NCBI GenBank assembly: GCA_018830525.1
Contig: JAHJSH010000035.1
Location: forward strand, 5,582 to 69,581
From: Nanobdellota archaeon
GTDB lineage: Archaea; Nanobdellota; Nanobdellia; Pacearchaeales; GW2011-AR1
Reading direction: 5' to 3'
DNA: 64,000 bases
The notes under the pieces are model-generated. The model saw only the letters and a list, made by a program, of their open reading frames with translations, had not been told where the DNA came from and ran no database searches. How positions within the stretch are numbered: position 1 is the first letter of the stretch; each line of letters begins with the position of its first letter. Shown one piece after another: positions 8,668 through 16,272 of this stretch. Position numbers and translations under genes: made by a program.

Positions 8668-9126
8668 TTATTCTAATTCTTTTAATCCAAATTCCTTGTT
8701 ATTGAGGTCTTCATCTTCTTCAATCTTTAGAAGGTTTTCTACGATTTCCGCCTCTGTGAGGGGGCCGTCTGGTGTGATTTTCTTCTTGTCGGAATCTGTC
8801 GTGAGTTTAACTTCTTCATTCGGGTCAAGGATTATGACTTCGAGGATGTAGTTACCGAGATGGATTATGTCGCCGTTTGAGAGTGAAGCACATTCATCTT
8901 TCGAGAGAGACTTTCCTCGGACTCTTGTTCTGTTTTTACTCCCATTGTCTCGTATGCTTACACCTTTTTCATCTTGGATGATGGTGCCATGGTGTCTTGA
9001 TACGCTTGTGAATTTTTGTGGAATTTGGATGTCACAATTTTTTTCTCTGCCGATGGGAACTTCTTTTTTCTCGGGTAATTCGTAGCGCGTGTTTGTTGCT
9101 TTGTGTACTAATATAGTGGTTTTCAT
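8668..9126 (-). CDS. FHA domain protein
   Basis: PIGREKNCDIQI...VSRHHGTII...IRDNGSKNRTRV...GDIIHLG matches the FHA pattern (G-R ... S-x-x-H ... N-G). AAGGAGATAAAAA SD. Confidence 0.7.
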   Translation of the reverse strand: MKTTILVHKATNTRYELPEKKEVPIGREKNCDIQIPQKFTSVSRHHGTIIQDEKGVSIRDNGSKNRTRVRGKSLSKDECASLSNGDIIHLGNYILEVIILDPNEEVKLTTDSDKKKITPDGPLTEAEIVENLLKIEEDEDLNNKEFGLKELE

Positions 9127-9172
9127 TTTTTATCTCCTTATTAAAATGTCAAATTGGGGAATTAATCTTTAA

Positions 9173-9247
9173 TCAGGGAGGACGGGAATCGAACCTGCGA
9201 CTTTTTAGCCCGTTGCTAAACGCTCTACCAAACTGAGCTACTCCCTG
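9173..9247 (-). tRNA. tRNA-Arg(ACG)?: aberrant tRNA, Arg(ACG)-like, possibly a pseudogene
   Basis: Acceptor CAGGGAG/CTCCCTG and a canonical D-arm TA-GCTC-AGTTTGGTA-GAGC. Anticodon loop CAACGGG has A instead of U at position 33. The T-stem has an A-C mismatch and one extra nucleotide before the acceptor 3' strand. Confidence 0.45.
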
Positions 9248-9288
9248 TGCCAACTAATCTTCAAACTCAATCAAACCATAATCAACAA

Positions 9289-10359
9289 TCACTCAATACT
9301 CTCCTTCAAATTCTTAGCTATTGGAAAAATAAACTCATTCTCTTGCTTAAAAATTGCAAGACCAAAATTAAGCATTGTCTCATTTCCCAATTTGTCTATC
9401 TCTAATGGGTCAATAAAAAGATTGGCGATGGTTCCTTTAATTTTATCTGTCCAACTTTCTTCTTTATTCTCCTTATAAACAGATGCTATCTTTATACTCA
9501 TTAAAGGAGTTCCTTCACTTTTCTTAAAACTAAGTGTATTAACCCTGGCAACAGTTTCATTAAACCTATTTTCATAATTATATTCTCCATCCTTAGGATT
9601 AACACTATAAATCCCAATACTTACTGGACTTGAGGTACCTTCCTCATTAAAATGAACATCAACAGAATTAACAACTCCCCCATCAGGATTTATTTTCCCA
9701 TTTACCTCAATACTACCGAATCCTCCATCATTAAATACAAGGTAACTAAGAATGTTTTTTATTGGTTTCTTATTTGAATTGCCAACATTTCTTCTTATTA
9801 TCTCCGAAGAATCAAAAACATTTTTGTGGAATCCTGATCCAGTTATCTTAAACTTACATTTAACATAGAATTTATCGGATGAAATTTTCTTTCCATAAGA
9901 GACGATACTTACCTTTTGGTTGTTATTAACACTAGTCTCACGATCAACAAGAGTTGGAGAAATCAGAGGAATAAAATACATAAAAGAGGAAAGTATGTTT
10001 TCCTGAATATTCACCTCATCATAACTTAACCTAATGGTGGGACCGGCAATTGATTTAATTATAACTGGCTCATCAATAACTGGTTCAGCTATAACTGGCT
10101 CATCAATAACCGGCTCACTAATAATCAACTCATCAATAATCAACTCATCAATAACCGGCTCACTAATAATCAACTCATCAACAATAAGATTATCAATAGG
10201 CTCCTTAACAGAATTATCTATACTATCAACCATCATCTTAGGAGTATTAATATTATTAGCCTCATCATAAGGGCTCTTATTACTCTGATAAATAAGAATA
10301 AGAATAAGTAAGATAATTATCAGAATAAAAGCCAGAATTATCAAAATTCTTTTTTTCAT
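9289..10359 (-). CDS. membrane-anchored protein with acidic (D/E-L/P-V/I-I) repeats
   Basis: Start at ATG 10359 (CGGAG 7 nt upstream). The track start is a TTG. N-terminal TM helix. Confidence 0.55.
   Translation of the reverse strand: MKKRILIILAFILIIILLILILIYQSNKSPYDEANNINTPKMMVDSIDNSVKEPIDNLIVDELIISEPVIDELIIDELIISEPVIDEPVIAEPVIDEPVIIKSIAGPTIRLSYDEVNIQENILSSFMYFIPLISPTLVDRETSVNNNQKVSIVSYGKKISSDKFYVKCKFKITGSGFHKNVFDSSEIIRRNVGNSNKKPIKNILSYLVFNDGGFGSIEVNGKINPDGGVVNSVDVHFNEEGTSSPVSIGIYSVNPKDGEYNYENRFNETVARVNTLSFKKSEGTPLMSIKIASVYKENKEESWTDKIKGTIANLFIDPLEIDKLGNETMLNFGLAIFKQENEFIFPIAKNLKESIE
10061..10190. repeat. imperfect tandem repeats inside CDS 9289..10359
   Basis: ataactggctcatcaataac occurs twice and cggctcactaataatcaactcatcaa twice. 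They encode DELIISEPVIDE-type repeats. Confidence 0.8.
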
Positions 10360-10495
10360 AATCAAACTCCGTCTTTTCTAAAAAATTAGATTAATATTAA
10401 TTAAACAATTCAACACAACAATTAACCTTTTCATAACAAACACTCCTTTTCTCTAAATTATTATTTTTATTTTTTATTAATACTTCGAGCGGGAA

Positions 10496-11169
10496 ATCCA
10501 CTTCTTTAAAGTTGTGGATGAGAGCGATTAGTTGAACAAGTCATTTAGTTGTCTTCGGCAAATATTTATTCTTTGATGATTATAAAAATAATGAGCTTGG
10601 TGTAGCTCACTGTATATTTCAGTTGTAGCTATGTTTCTCACAAAATAAATCTTTCGGTCGCTTGATTGCCGCCGAAAAAGGAGAAAATATGAAAAACCAA
10701 ACACAACTTAGCGAGGGCTATGAAACTAAATACGAGCACTATGCTCACAGCGTCGGAACATTGATGTTTCACCTTGAGTGGTGTACAAAATATCGTTATA
10801 AGATGGCACGAAAAGAGGAGAATGAAAGACTTCTCGATGCGTGTATAAGAAGAATAGCGTCGAAAAACGGAATAAAAATAATTGAACTTAATGTTCAACC
10901 AGAACATATTCATTGCATTGTTTTGGTAAAATTCGATATGTCAGTGTCGAAAGTATTCCAATTTCTAAAGGGAGGTTCTTCGTATTTGTTTTTCAAACAT
11001 CAAGAAAAAGCAAGGCTTCGTTATCCTCGAGGACATTTTTGGAGCAAGGGAAAGTTTGCATCTTCTGTTGGATTTGTACAATTAGATGTTGTGCAAAATT
11101 ATGTCAGAAACCAAGACGAACATCACTAGGAAACCACGCTCGCCCTCAGGCGATTCGAGTCGGGGCGAG
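10496..11169 (+). mobile_element. IS200-like element (tnpA only), approximate ends
   Basis: Subterminal hairpins flank tnpA: atccac/gtggat at 10496-10519 and ctcgccc/gggcgag at 11139-11169. It is the only plus-strand gene in block A. Confidence 0.5.
10689..11129 (+). CDS. tnpA: IS200/IS605-family Y1 (HUH) transposase TnpA
   Basis: HUH motif in PEHIHCIVL, catalytic-Tyr region VVQNYVRNQ and a typical W..KYRY N-terminal region. AAAGGAGAAAAT before ATG 10689. Confidence 0.85.
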   Translation: MKNQTQLSEGYETKYEHYAHSVGTLMFHLEWCTKYRYKMARKEENERLLDACIRRIASKNGIKIIELNVQPEHIHCIVLVKFDMSVSKVFQFLKGGSSYLFFKHQEKARLRYPRGHFWSKGKFASSVGFVQLDVVQNYVRNQDEHH

Positions 11170-11235
11170 AACCTTTAGGGTGTTGGAGGATGTCATTAAT
11201 AATTTAATCTCATTTTAACCCTTTTCGTTAGAAAT

Positions 11236-11265
11236 GGAAAGGCTCCTGAACGAGCGAGCCTTTCC
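11236..11265 (-). terminator. perfect 10-bp hairpin terminator (repeat family)
   Basis: ggaaaggctc - ctgaacgagc - gagcctttcc, downstream of the small ORF 11318..11473. Confidence 0.5.
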
Positions 11266-11317
11266 GATGACAATTTTGTTTAAATTTACATTTGATTGAA
11301 CTGTTTGTTACTTGTTT

Positions 11318-11473
11318 CTATATTGGTTGATGGCGACGTTTACTTTCTTCCGAAGAGATTCTTGCCATCCTATTTACCATCTCAATGAAGATATCTGTTC
11401 TCTCTTCTTCAGAGCTGGCTTCTTGGAGGGCTTTTCGGAACGAGTCTAAACATTCTTCCCTGTTGTTACTCAT
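11318..11473 (-). CDS. small hypothetical protein (51 aa, below the ORF-track cutoff)
   Basis: GGAGATATGAA before ATG 11473. MSNNREECLDSFRKALQEASSEEERTDIFIEMVNRMARISSEESKRRHQPI. Confidence 0.4.
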   Translation of the reverse strand: MSNNREECLDSFRKALQEASSEEERTDIFIEMVNRMARISSEESKRRHQPI

Positions 11474-11538
11474 TTCATATCTCCATATATTTGAGTTAAT
11501 GTTTGTGTTAAGGTTTATTGAATATTTTTTGTTAAAAT

Positions 11539-11618
11539 GGTAAGGGGGTCGCTGTGCCTAGGACTTGCGGAGTTCTGGCCATCAACAGAACTATTCGCCT
11601 CGAATCGAACCCCTTACC
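11539..11618. ncRNA. GC-rich structured element of unknown class
   Basis: ggtaagggg (11539-11547) pairs with ccccttacc (11610-11618). Internal 7-bp hairpin agttctg/cagaact. It sits in an otherwise AT-rich, ORF-free gap. Strand undetermined. Confidence 0.3.
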
Positions 11619-11669
11619 TCGCCAAAAACGTATCTCTTTAAATTTCTCATTAGAAACAATCTTTTTTTA

Positions 11670-11833
11670 TTAGAATTTTGTTTCTAGTCCTAACCCGATT
11701 AATGAAGTTGTCTCATCGTGTGGGCCTCCAGTTTTCTTCCGCTCGGCAATTGGTTTGGCTTTCCAACCTTCGAAGCATCCGGAGAGGGTTAGGGTTATGA
11801 TGATAAACAAATTGTGAGTAATACTTTTTTCAT
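11670..11833 (-). pseudogene. lipoprotein gene interrupted by a 1-nt frameshift in an A6 run
   Basis: AAGGAG plus ATG 11833 gives MKKVLLTICLSS-stop. One extra A in ATGAAAAAAG gives MKKSITHNLFIIITLTLSGCFEGWKAK... (lipobox LSGC), running to the stop at 11672-11670. Confidence 0.4.
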
Positions 11834-11864
11834 TTTAGTTACTCCTTATCGCTTAACATTATTG

Positions 11865-12191
11865 TTAATTATTTGCTAAAATCTTTTCGAGGCCTCCCAT
11901 TTCCACAGGTTTAGGGGGAGCGAGAATCTCTTTGAGGTCTTCTGCTTTTATTGGTTTAAAGCGAGAGATTATTTTTTTGAGGCCCCCTTCTTTTTCAGAG
12001 TCTACTTTTTTGACTTCTTGTTTGGGGTCCCAGTTTTCTTCGGCTTGAGTTATCCCCATGATTTTGTCGGTTCGGCAATCGTAGAGGACGCGGCCTTTTT
12101 CTCTTCCGAGTATCAGGTGCGTTTCATCGATTTCTCTTACATTGCACCAATTTACGCGGATAAGTTGTAATCCTACATATAATCTTTTCAT
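11865..12191 (-). CDS. hypothetical protein
   Basis: Start moved to Met57 (ATG 12191), preceded by AAGGAGAAATGAA. Confidence 0.5.
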   Translation of the reverse strand: MKRLYVGLQLIRVNWCNVREIDETHLILGREKGRVLYDCRTDKIMGITQAEENWDPKQEVKKVDSEKEGGLKKIISRFKPIKAEDLKEILAPPKPVEMGGLEKILANN

Positions 12192-12600
12192 TTCATTTCT
12201 CCTTATTTTCGATAAAAAGACCCCTAACCCCCACAAAACCCAGACGGTATGAGTTAAGCGAGAAACTAGGGGGTAATGGTTTGTTAATATTGAAGTATGG
12301 TTTGTAACTCTCTCACTAAATTTCTTTAAGGGAAGTTGGTTTCGGGCCGACGTTTTCAATATAAAGAGCTAAGATCCTGATTCCAACTTCGTCATTGAAA
12401 TTATTTTCTCTTTGAAGTCGTTTCATTACATAATATGGTTTGAGAGTACTTGGGCCCTTGGTTATATGATTCTTTTCATTTTGTTAACAAGTTTTTTCAT
12501 TTTACTTTTTTTCACTTTGAATCTCCTTATCAAAAGGACTAGCCCTCACAAATCGCTTTAGATTGGCGAGTGAGCGAGGACTGGTTGGTTAATATTTTTG

Positions 12601-12849
12601 TTATTTTTCTAACATTTTTCTCAAGTAAGCGTTTTCTCGGTTGCTTGATTCAATATCGAGAACGAGATATTTTACTAGGATTCTCAAGAGGTCAATGGAA
12701 TCCTGGAGAGTGTCCTGATTTCTTTGAATATTTCCCTTGGCCTGGATAGCCATTTGTAAAGGTTCTCTCTTCCCTTCGTCCGGGGATTGAATAGAGCCGA
12801 ATATCTTGAGAATTACCCATATTTGTTTTTTCATTTCTTCGTTTGACAT
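12601..12849 (-). CDS. hypothetical protein (82 aa)
   Basis: Internal ATG 12849 preceded by AAGGAGATTAACC. The upstream part of the 200-aa ORF overlaps a better membrane ORF in another frame. Confidence 0.45.
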   Translation of the reverse strand: MSNEEMKKQIWVILKIFGSIQSPDEGKREPLQMAIQAKGNIQRNQDTLQDSIDLLRILVKYLVLDIESSNRENAYLRKMLEK

Positions 12850-12896
12850 GGTTAATCTCCTTATCTTTGTAATTGGGGTTAGTATCTCATTACTCC

Positions 12897-13226
12897 CTAT
12901 CCGGCCAATCGGATTAGGAGCAGTAGAATTATGATTATCAAAACTATGATAATCGCCGTTGCGATAAGATGTGCCATCATGAATGTTCCTGCTAATGTGA
13001 GTAGCCATCCGATTCCAAAAACAATTCCTCCACAGAGCCATAATAGGCATTGGAGAATAATCAATGCGATTGCTAATACGAAGCAGAGGATGCAGATGAC
13101 CAAACATACTACGATGACGACTGCGCAGACCTTGACAATGAACATGACTATTTTTGTTATCCATTGAAGCGTGATTGCGATTACGGCTAGGACAAAGTCC
13201 CAAATTTTGTTGAGAAGTCTTTTCAT
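12897..13226 (-). CDS. small Cys-rich membrane protein
   Basis: AAGGAGACAAACAA before the ATG. Three to four hydrophobic helices. Confidence 0.55.
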   Translation of the reverse strand: MKRLLNKIWDFVLAVIAITLQWITKIVMFIVKVCAVVIVVCLVICILCFVLAIALIILQCLLWLCGGIVFGIGWLLTLAGTFMMAHLIATAIIIVLIIIILLLLIRLAG

Positions 13227-13258
13227 TTGTTTGTCTCCTTATTCTAAATTATTGTTTG

Positions 13259-13702
13259 TTATTTTATGCTGCCTTTTGCGACGAGTAAAACTGATAATGC
13301 TGCGAGGATGTAACCTGCGATGCAATACATGTTAGGCATTTCTTTGACCCAAAAGTTTCTGACAAGAACTGTTGCGACTGGCATTAGAATCATCAGGGAG
13401 GTAATTACAATCGCGTTGCCTCCGCTTGTCAATGATGAGTTGAACAGATAGTTTGCTGCGAATACGATTAGTCCTAAGATTAGTAGAGATATCCAGGTTG
13501 CCTTGTCTGTGGGGAATGCCAGGTTTTCAGATGCTGTAGTTGCTTGTATGACTTGGCGGACAATTAAAGCAAGGAGGAGAGTTATTGCAAACTCTATGAT
13601 TAACAAGTTTAGGGCGTGGAGTTTTACAAGTTTTTGTTCGATGACTACGCTTGCGGTTCCGTAAAATGCTACTGCGATTACTGCGAATATTATCGACTTC
13701 AT
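13259..13702 (-). CDS. EamA-like (DMT superfamily) half-size transporter
   Basis: 147 aa with 4-5 TM helices. N-terminal pattern AV.AV.FYG...V..K resembles an EamA domain. Confidence 0.55.
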   Translation of the reverse strand: MKSIIFAVIAVAFYGTASVVIEQKLVKLHALNLLIIEFAITLLLALIVRQVIQATTASENLAFPTDKATWISLLILGLIVFAANYLFNSSLTSGGNAIVITSLMILMPVATVLVRNFWVKEMPNMYCIAGYILAALSVLLVAKGSIK

Positions 13703-13712
13703 GATTATTTCC

Positions 13713-13835
13713 TTATCTGATAATTAATTTGAGAATTGATTTTAGAATGCTCCAGACTATCCAGTAGGTTATCCCGAATATTTCTAGGAGCACGATAGCA
13801 AAAAGGACTACAACTAAATATTGTAATGGTGTCAT
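13713..13835 (-). CDS. 40-aa membrane peptide (below the ORF-track cutoff)
   Basis: AAGGAGATATC before ATG 13835. MTPLQYLVVVLFAIVLLEIFGITYWIVWSILKSILKLIIR. Confidence 0.35.
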   Translation of the reverse strand: MTPLQYLVVVLFAIVLLEIFGITYWIVWSILKSILKLIIR

Positions 13836-13844
13836 GATATCTCC

Positions 13845-14024
13845 TTATTTTTTGAACCATTTTTCGTAAATTGTTTTTGTGGTTAATGTTAAAATTGTTG
13901 ACGCGAGGATTACTCTGACGAACCAGGGGATGTTGAATTCAAAATATTTTTCTGCAATGGTTAATCCGAGGGTGATGATTGCTATGACTGCGAGGATATA
14001 TATTGTTTTTCTATATTGTTGCAT
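13845..14024 (-). CDS. 59-aa membrane protein
   Basis: Start moved to ATG 14024 (AAGGAGATAACC upstream). The longer ORF would overlap tRNA-Thr. Confidence 0.45.
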   Translation of the reverse strand: MQQYRKTIYILAVIAIITLGLTIAEKYFEFNIPWFVRVILASTILTLTTKTIYEKWFKK

Positions 14025-14060
14025 GGTTATCTCCTTATTAGTTAGATTATTTTTATTTAA

Positions 14061-14133
14061 GTGAGGAGACAGGATTCGAACCTGCAACCTTCTGATTACA
14101 AATCAGGTGCTCTGCCAATTGAGCTACTCCTCA
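14061..14133 (-). tRNA. tRNA-Thr(UGU): tRNA-Thr (anticodon UGU)
   Basis: Hand-folded cloverleaf: TGAGGAG-TA-GCTC-AATTGGCA-GAGC-A-CCTGA-TTTGTAA-TCAGA-AGGTT-GCAGG-TTCGAAT-CCTGT-CTCCTCA-C. U1-A72 pair. No encoded CCA. Confidence 0.85.
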
Positions 14134-14160
14134 TGCCAACTAGATACCCATGTAGCTGGC

Positions 14161-14763
14161 TTATTTCTCCGAAGAAAAAGTTTCTTCGGTTGTTATTGTG
14201 CTGTTCGGCGATTTGATTGTAACTTTGCGGATGAGGGTAGGCCTCTTTAAACTTAACTCTTCTATCTCACGAAGGTTTTCCTTTATCAGATCAAAGCCTT
14301 CGCGATAGATTCTATTCATGCTCACTAAATCTCTAGAGAGAATCATTTGTGATTCAGTAACTTTGCACAAATCTTTTTGAAGAGCATACTGTGGTTCTGG
14401 TGCCTTTAAAGATTTGGTCGATTCTTCCGGAGGTGTAGTATCGACAAAGGTTTCGGGGGCTTGTTCGCGGAGCTCTGGATTTAGGAGAATTCGTGCAGTG
14501 AGAATCTTTACGAGTTCGTCTTGAGCTTGTTCTCGTTCTTTACGAGGATTACCTCGCCGTATTCTCATTTGAGCATCCGTGACTTTTTCATGGTATGCCG
14601 CTTCAATTTCTGCCCAATGAGCCGAATTAGAAACTCCGAGAACTTTCCGAGCTTGTGGCTTCGTCATTTTTTCGTCATTTTTCTTTGCTTCTTTCTTCAT
14701 TGGTGTTTTTTTCTTAGGTGCCTTTTTCTTTGCTTCTTTCTTCATTGCTTTTTTAGCCATCAT
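14161..14763 (-). CDS. hypothetical protein with Lys/Ala-rich N-terminus
   Basis: AAGGAGCC before the ATG. MMAKKAMKKEAKKKAPKKK... basic tail, then a helical region. Confidence 0.55.
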   Translation of the reverse strand: MMAKKAMKKEAKKKAPKKKTPMKKEAKKNDEKMTKPQARKVLGVSNSAHWAEIEAAYHEKVTDAQMRIRRGNPRKEREQAQDELVKILTARILLNPELREQAPETFVDTTPPEESTKSLKAPEPQYALQKDLCKVTESQMILSRDLVSMNRIYREGFDLIKENLREIEELSLKRPTLIRKVTIKSPNSTITTEETFSSEK

Positions 14764-14855
14764 GGCTCCTTTCTTTTGGTCGACTATTCGGTGATTAATA
14801 ATTTGTCGTTAAAGCATATTAACGATACACCCTCTCCCCTTCTTCCTCGGTGAGA

Positions 14856-15053
14856 TTAGTGACTACATTGTGCGAGTTTATCTTCCCATGTTTTCTTCAA
14901 GTCTTCGAAGAAGTCAAGGTCACTTTTGAACTGGCGAATTCTCGTGGTGTTGTCTCCGGGTTGTTTCTCCAGTCCGCCAATGCTTGCTTGAATGCGGGCC
15001 ATCCATTTGTCGATTCTTTCAATTTTATCCATACATGTTTTTTTGTCAATCAT
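14856..15053 (-). CDS. hypothetical protein
   Basis: AAGGAGAGGTATT before the ATG. 65 aa. Confidence 0.5.
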   Translation of the reverse strand: MIDKKTCMDKIERIDKWMARIQASIGGLEKQPGDNTTRIRQFKSDLDFFEDLKKTWEDKLAQCSH

Positions 15054-15079
15054 AATACCTCTCCTTATCTAAGTTAACA

Positions 15080-15235
15080 TTATTTTTTATTCCATTTTTT
15101 CTTTTTAGGATTACTTCTGATTTCCTTCCATCGTTTTTTGAATGTCCATTGCCCATTGAAATCTTTGAATATCATTGAAGCAATGAAAAGGATAAGCAGT
15201 AAGACTCCTCCAATGATTGTTAGCCATTTCCACAT
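15080..15235 (-). CDS. 51-aa membrane peptide (below the ORF-track cutoff)
   Basis: AAGGAGATTCCT before ATG 15235. MWKWLTIIGGVLLLILFIASMIF... with a basic tail. Confidence 0.4.
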   Translation of the reverse strand: MWKWLTIIGGVLLLILFIASMIFKDFNGQWTFKKRWKEIRSNPKKKKWNKK

Positions 15236-15279
15236 AGGAATCTCCTTATACTTGAACATAATTGTTTTTCATTTAACCT

Positions 15280-15353
15280 AGCGCGTGGTTGGACTCGAAC
15301 CAACAATCTCCTGATTTGCAGTCAGGTGTCTTAGCCATTTTGACCACACGCGC
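15280..15353 (-). tRNA. tRNA-Cys(GCA): tRNA-Cys (anticodon GCA)
   Basis: GCGCGTG-TG-GTCA-AAATGGCTA-AGAC-A-CCTGA-CTGCAAA-TCAGG-AGATT-GTTGG-TTCGAGT-CCAAC-CACGCGC-T. U73 discriminator is typical of tRNA-Cys. Confidence 0.9.
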
Positions 15354-15364
15354 TTACTCTGGTT

Positions 15365-15646
15365 TTAGCTATTTTTTGAATTTCTGGAGGCGGAAACTGA
15401 AGAGCTACCCCCTAGGTCAAAAAGAACTCCAACAATTAGGAGAACTATCCATCCCCCGCTAACACTTCCTTCGTTGTTGAGCATTGTAGCCATGTAAGCC
15501 AAAGTTATGAAAGGCATGAATAAGAATCCTAAAAAAGGCCAAATCCTCGTTTCAAATGTTCTACTGAACCAGTCACTCATAAGCCAAGCGAAGAACATGA
15601 AAACTCTTGGACAAAACACAGATAAGATTACATATAAATATCCCAT
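15365..15646 (-). CDS. small membrane protein
   Basis: AAAGGAGTTTATC before the ATG. Three TM helices. Confidence 0.55.
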   Translation of the reverse strand: MGYLYVILSVFCPRVFMFFAWLMSDWFSRTFETRIWPFLGFLFMPFITLAYMATMLNNEGSVSGGWIVLLIVGVLFDLGGSSSVSASRNSKNS

Positions 15647-15673
15647 GATAAACTCCTTTCAAATTAGATTAAA

Positions 15674-15892
15674 TTAATACTCTGCTTTTTTCAGTCTTTC
15701 ATTCGGGTTGCGTTGTTGTCTTCGTTCATAGGTCCTCCCGTTTTTTCGTAAACTGTTTAAATGTGTGCAAGAGGGGCAAATCCTATTTCCCCATCCCCCA
15801 GACTGAAACTGTTTTTCGCATTTTAAACATTTTCTGGAAGCTATTTTCGTTTCTTCAATTATTGTATCAATATCAATCATTTTAATCTCCAA
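15674..15892 (-). CDS. zinc-ribbon protein
   Basis: CLKC...CPSC four-Cys pattern. TGGAGATTAAA before the ATG. Confidence 0.55.
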   Translation of the reverse strand: MEIKMIDIDTIIEETKIASRKCLKCEKQFQSGGWGNRICPSCTHLNSLRKNGRTYERRQQRNPNERLKKAEY

Positions 15893-15931
15893 TCTTCTTC
15901 TTAAGTAAATGTTAATTATTTATTACGATAA

Positions 15932-15981
15932 GCAGCACAAAAGGATTCGAACCTTTTTGAACTCCATGTAAGTATGTGCTA
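15932..15981 (-). ncRNA. 50-nt mini tRNA-like fragment (acceptor stem and T-arm only)
   Basis: TAGCACA pairs with TGTGCTG. T-arm is AAAGG-TTCGAAT-CCTTT. Only 18 nt lie between, with no D-arm and no canonical anticodon arm. Confidence 0.3.
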
Positions 15982-15996
15982 CACAACAACGAAAGG

Positions 15997-16155
15997 CTAA
16001 TCGTCGTTTTCGCATGCATGATTCATTCCGAAACCAAGGGCGTACATATCTCCGATTTCTTCAGGTTCTGACCTCAGGTCGATTGTTTCGGGTCCTCTTT
16101 CGTTCTCTTGAATTTCTTGATTAATTTCTTCTGCTGTTTTTCTTTTGTTACTCAT
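15997..16155 (-). CDS. 52-aa acidic protein (below the ORF-track cutoff)
   Basis: AAGGAGATTTACT before ATG 16155. MSNKRKTAEEINQEIQENERGPETIDLRSEPEEIGDMYALGFGMNHACENDD. Confidence 0.35.
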   Translation of the reverse strand: MSNKRKTAEEINQEIQENERGPETIDLRSEPEEIGDMYALGFGMNHACENDD

Positions 16156-16272
16156 AGTAAATCTCCTTATACTTGCTCGTTTGAGCGGTTGTTAATGTAA
16201 TGTGGTCAACACACGTTAACGGCACATCAAAGCCTCCACTCGGTGAGTTGAATGGAGGTTGTTGGCGAGTCG

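Noticed and set aside
12850-13203. N-terminal 118 aa of the 200-aa ORF 12601..13203.
   Set aside because: It overlaps, in another frame, the SD-led membrane ORF 12897..13226. An internal ATG at 12849 has its own AAGGAG.
14161-14763. J-domain (DnaJ-like) call for ...ARKVLGVSNSAHWAEIEAAYHEKV...
   Set aside because: No HPD tripeptide is present. The resemblance is limited to one helix.
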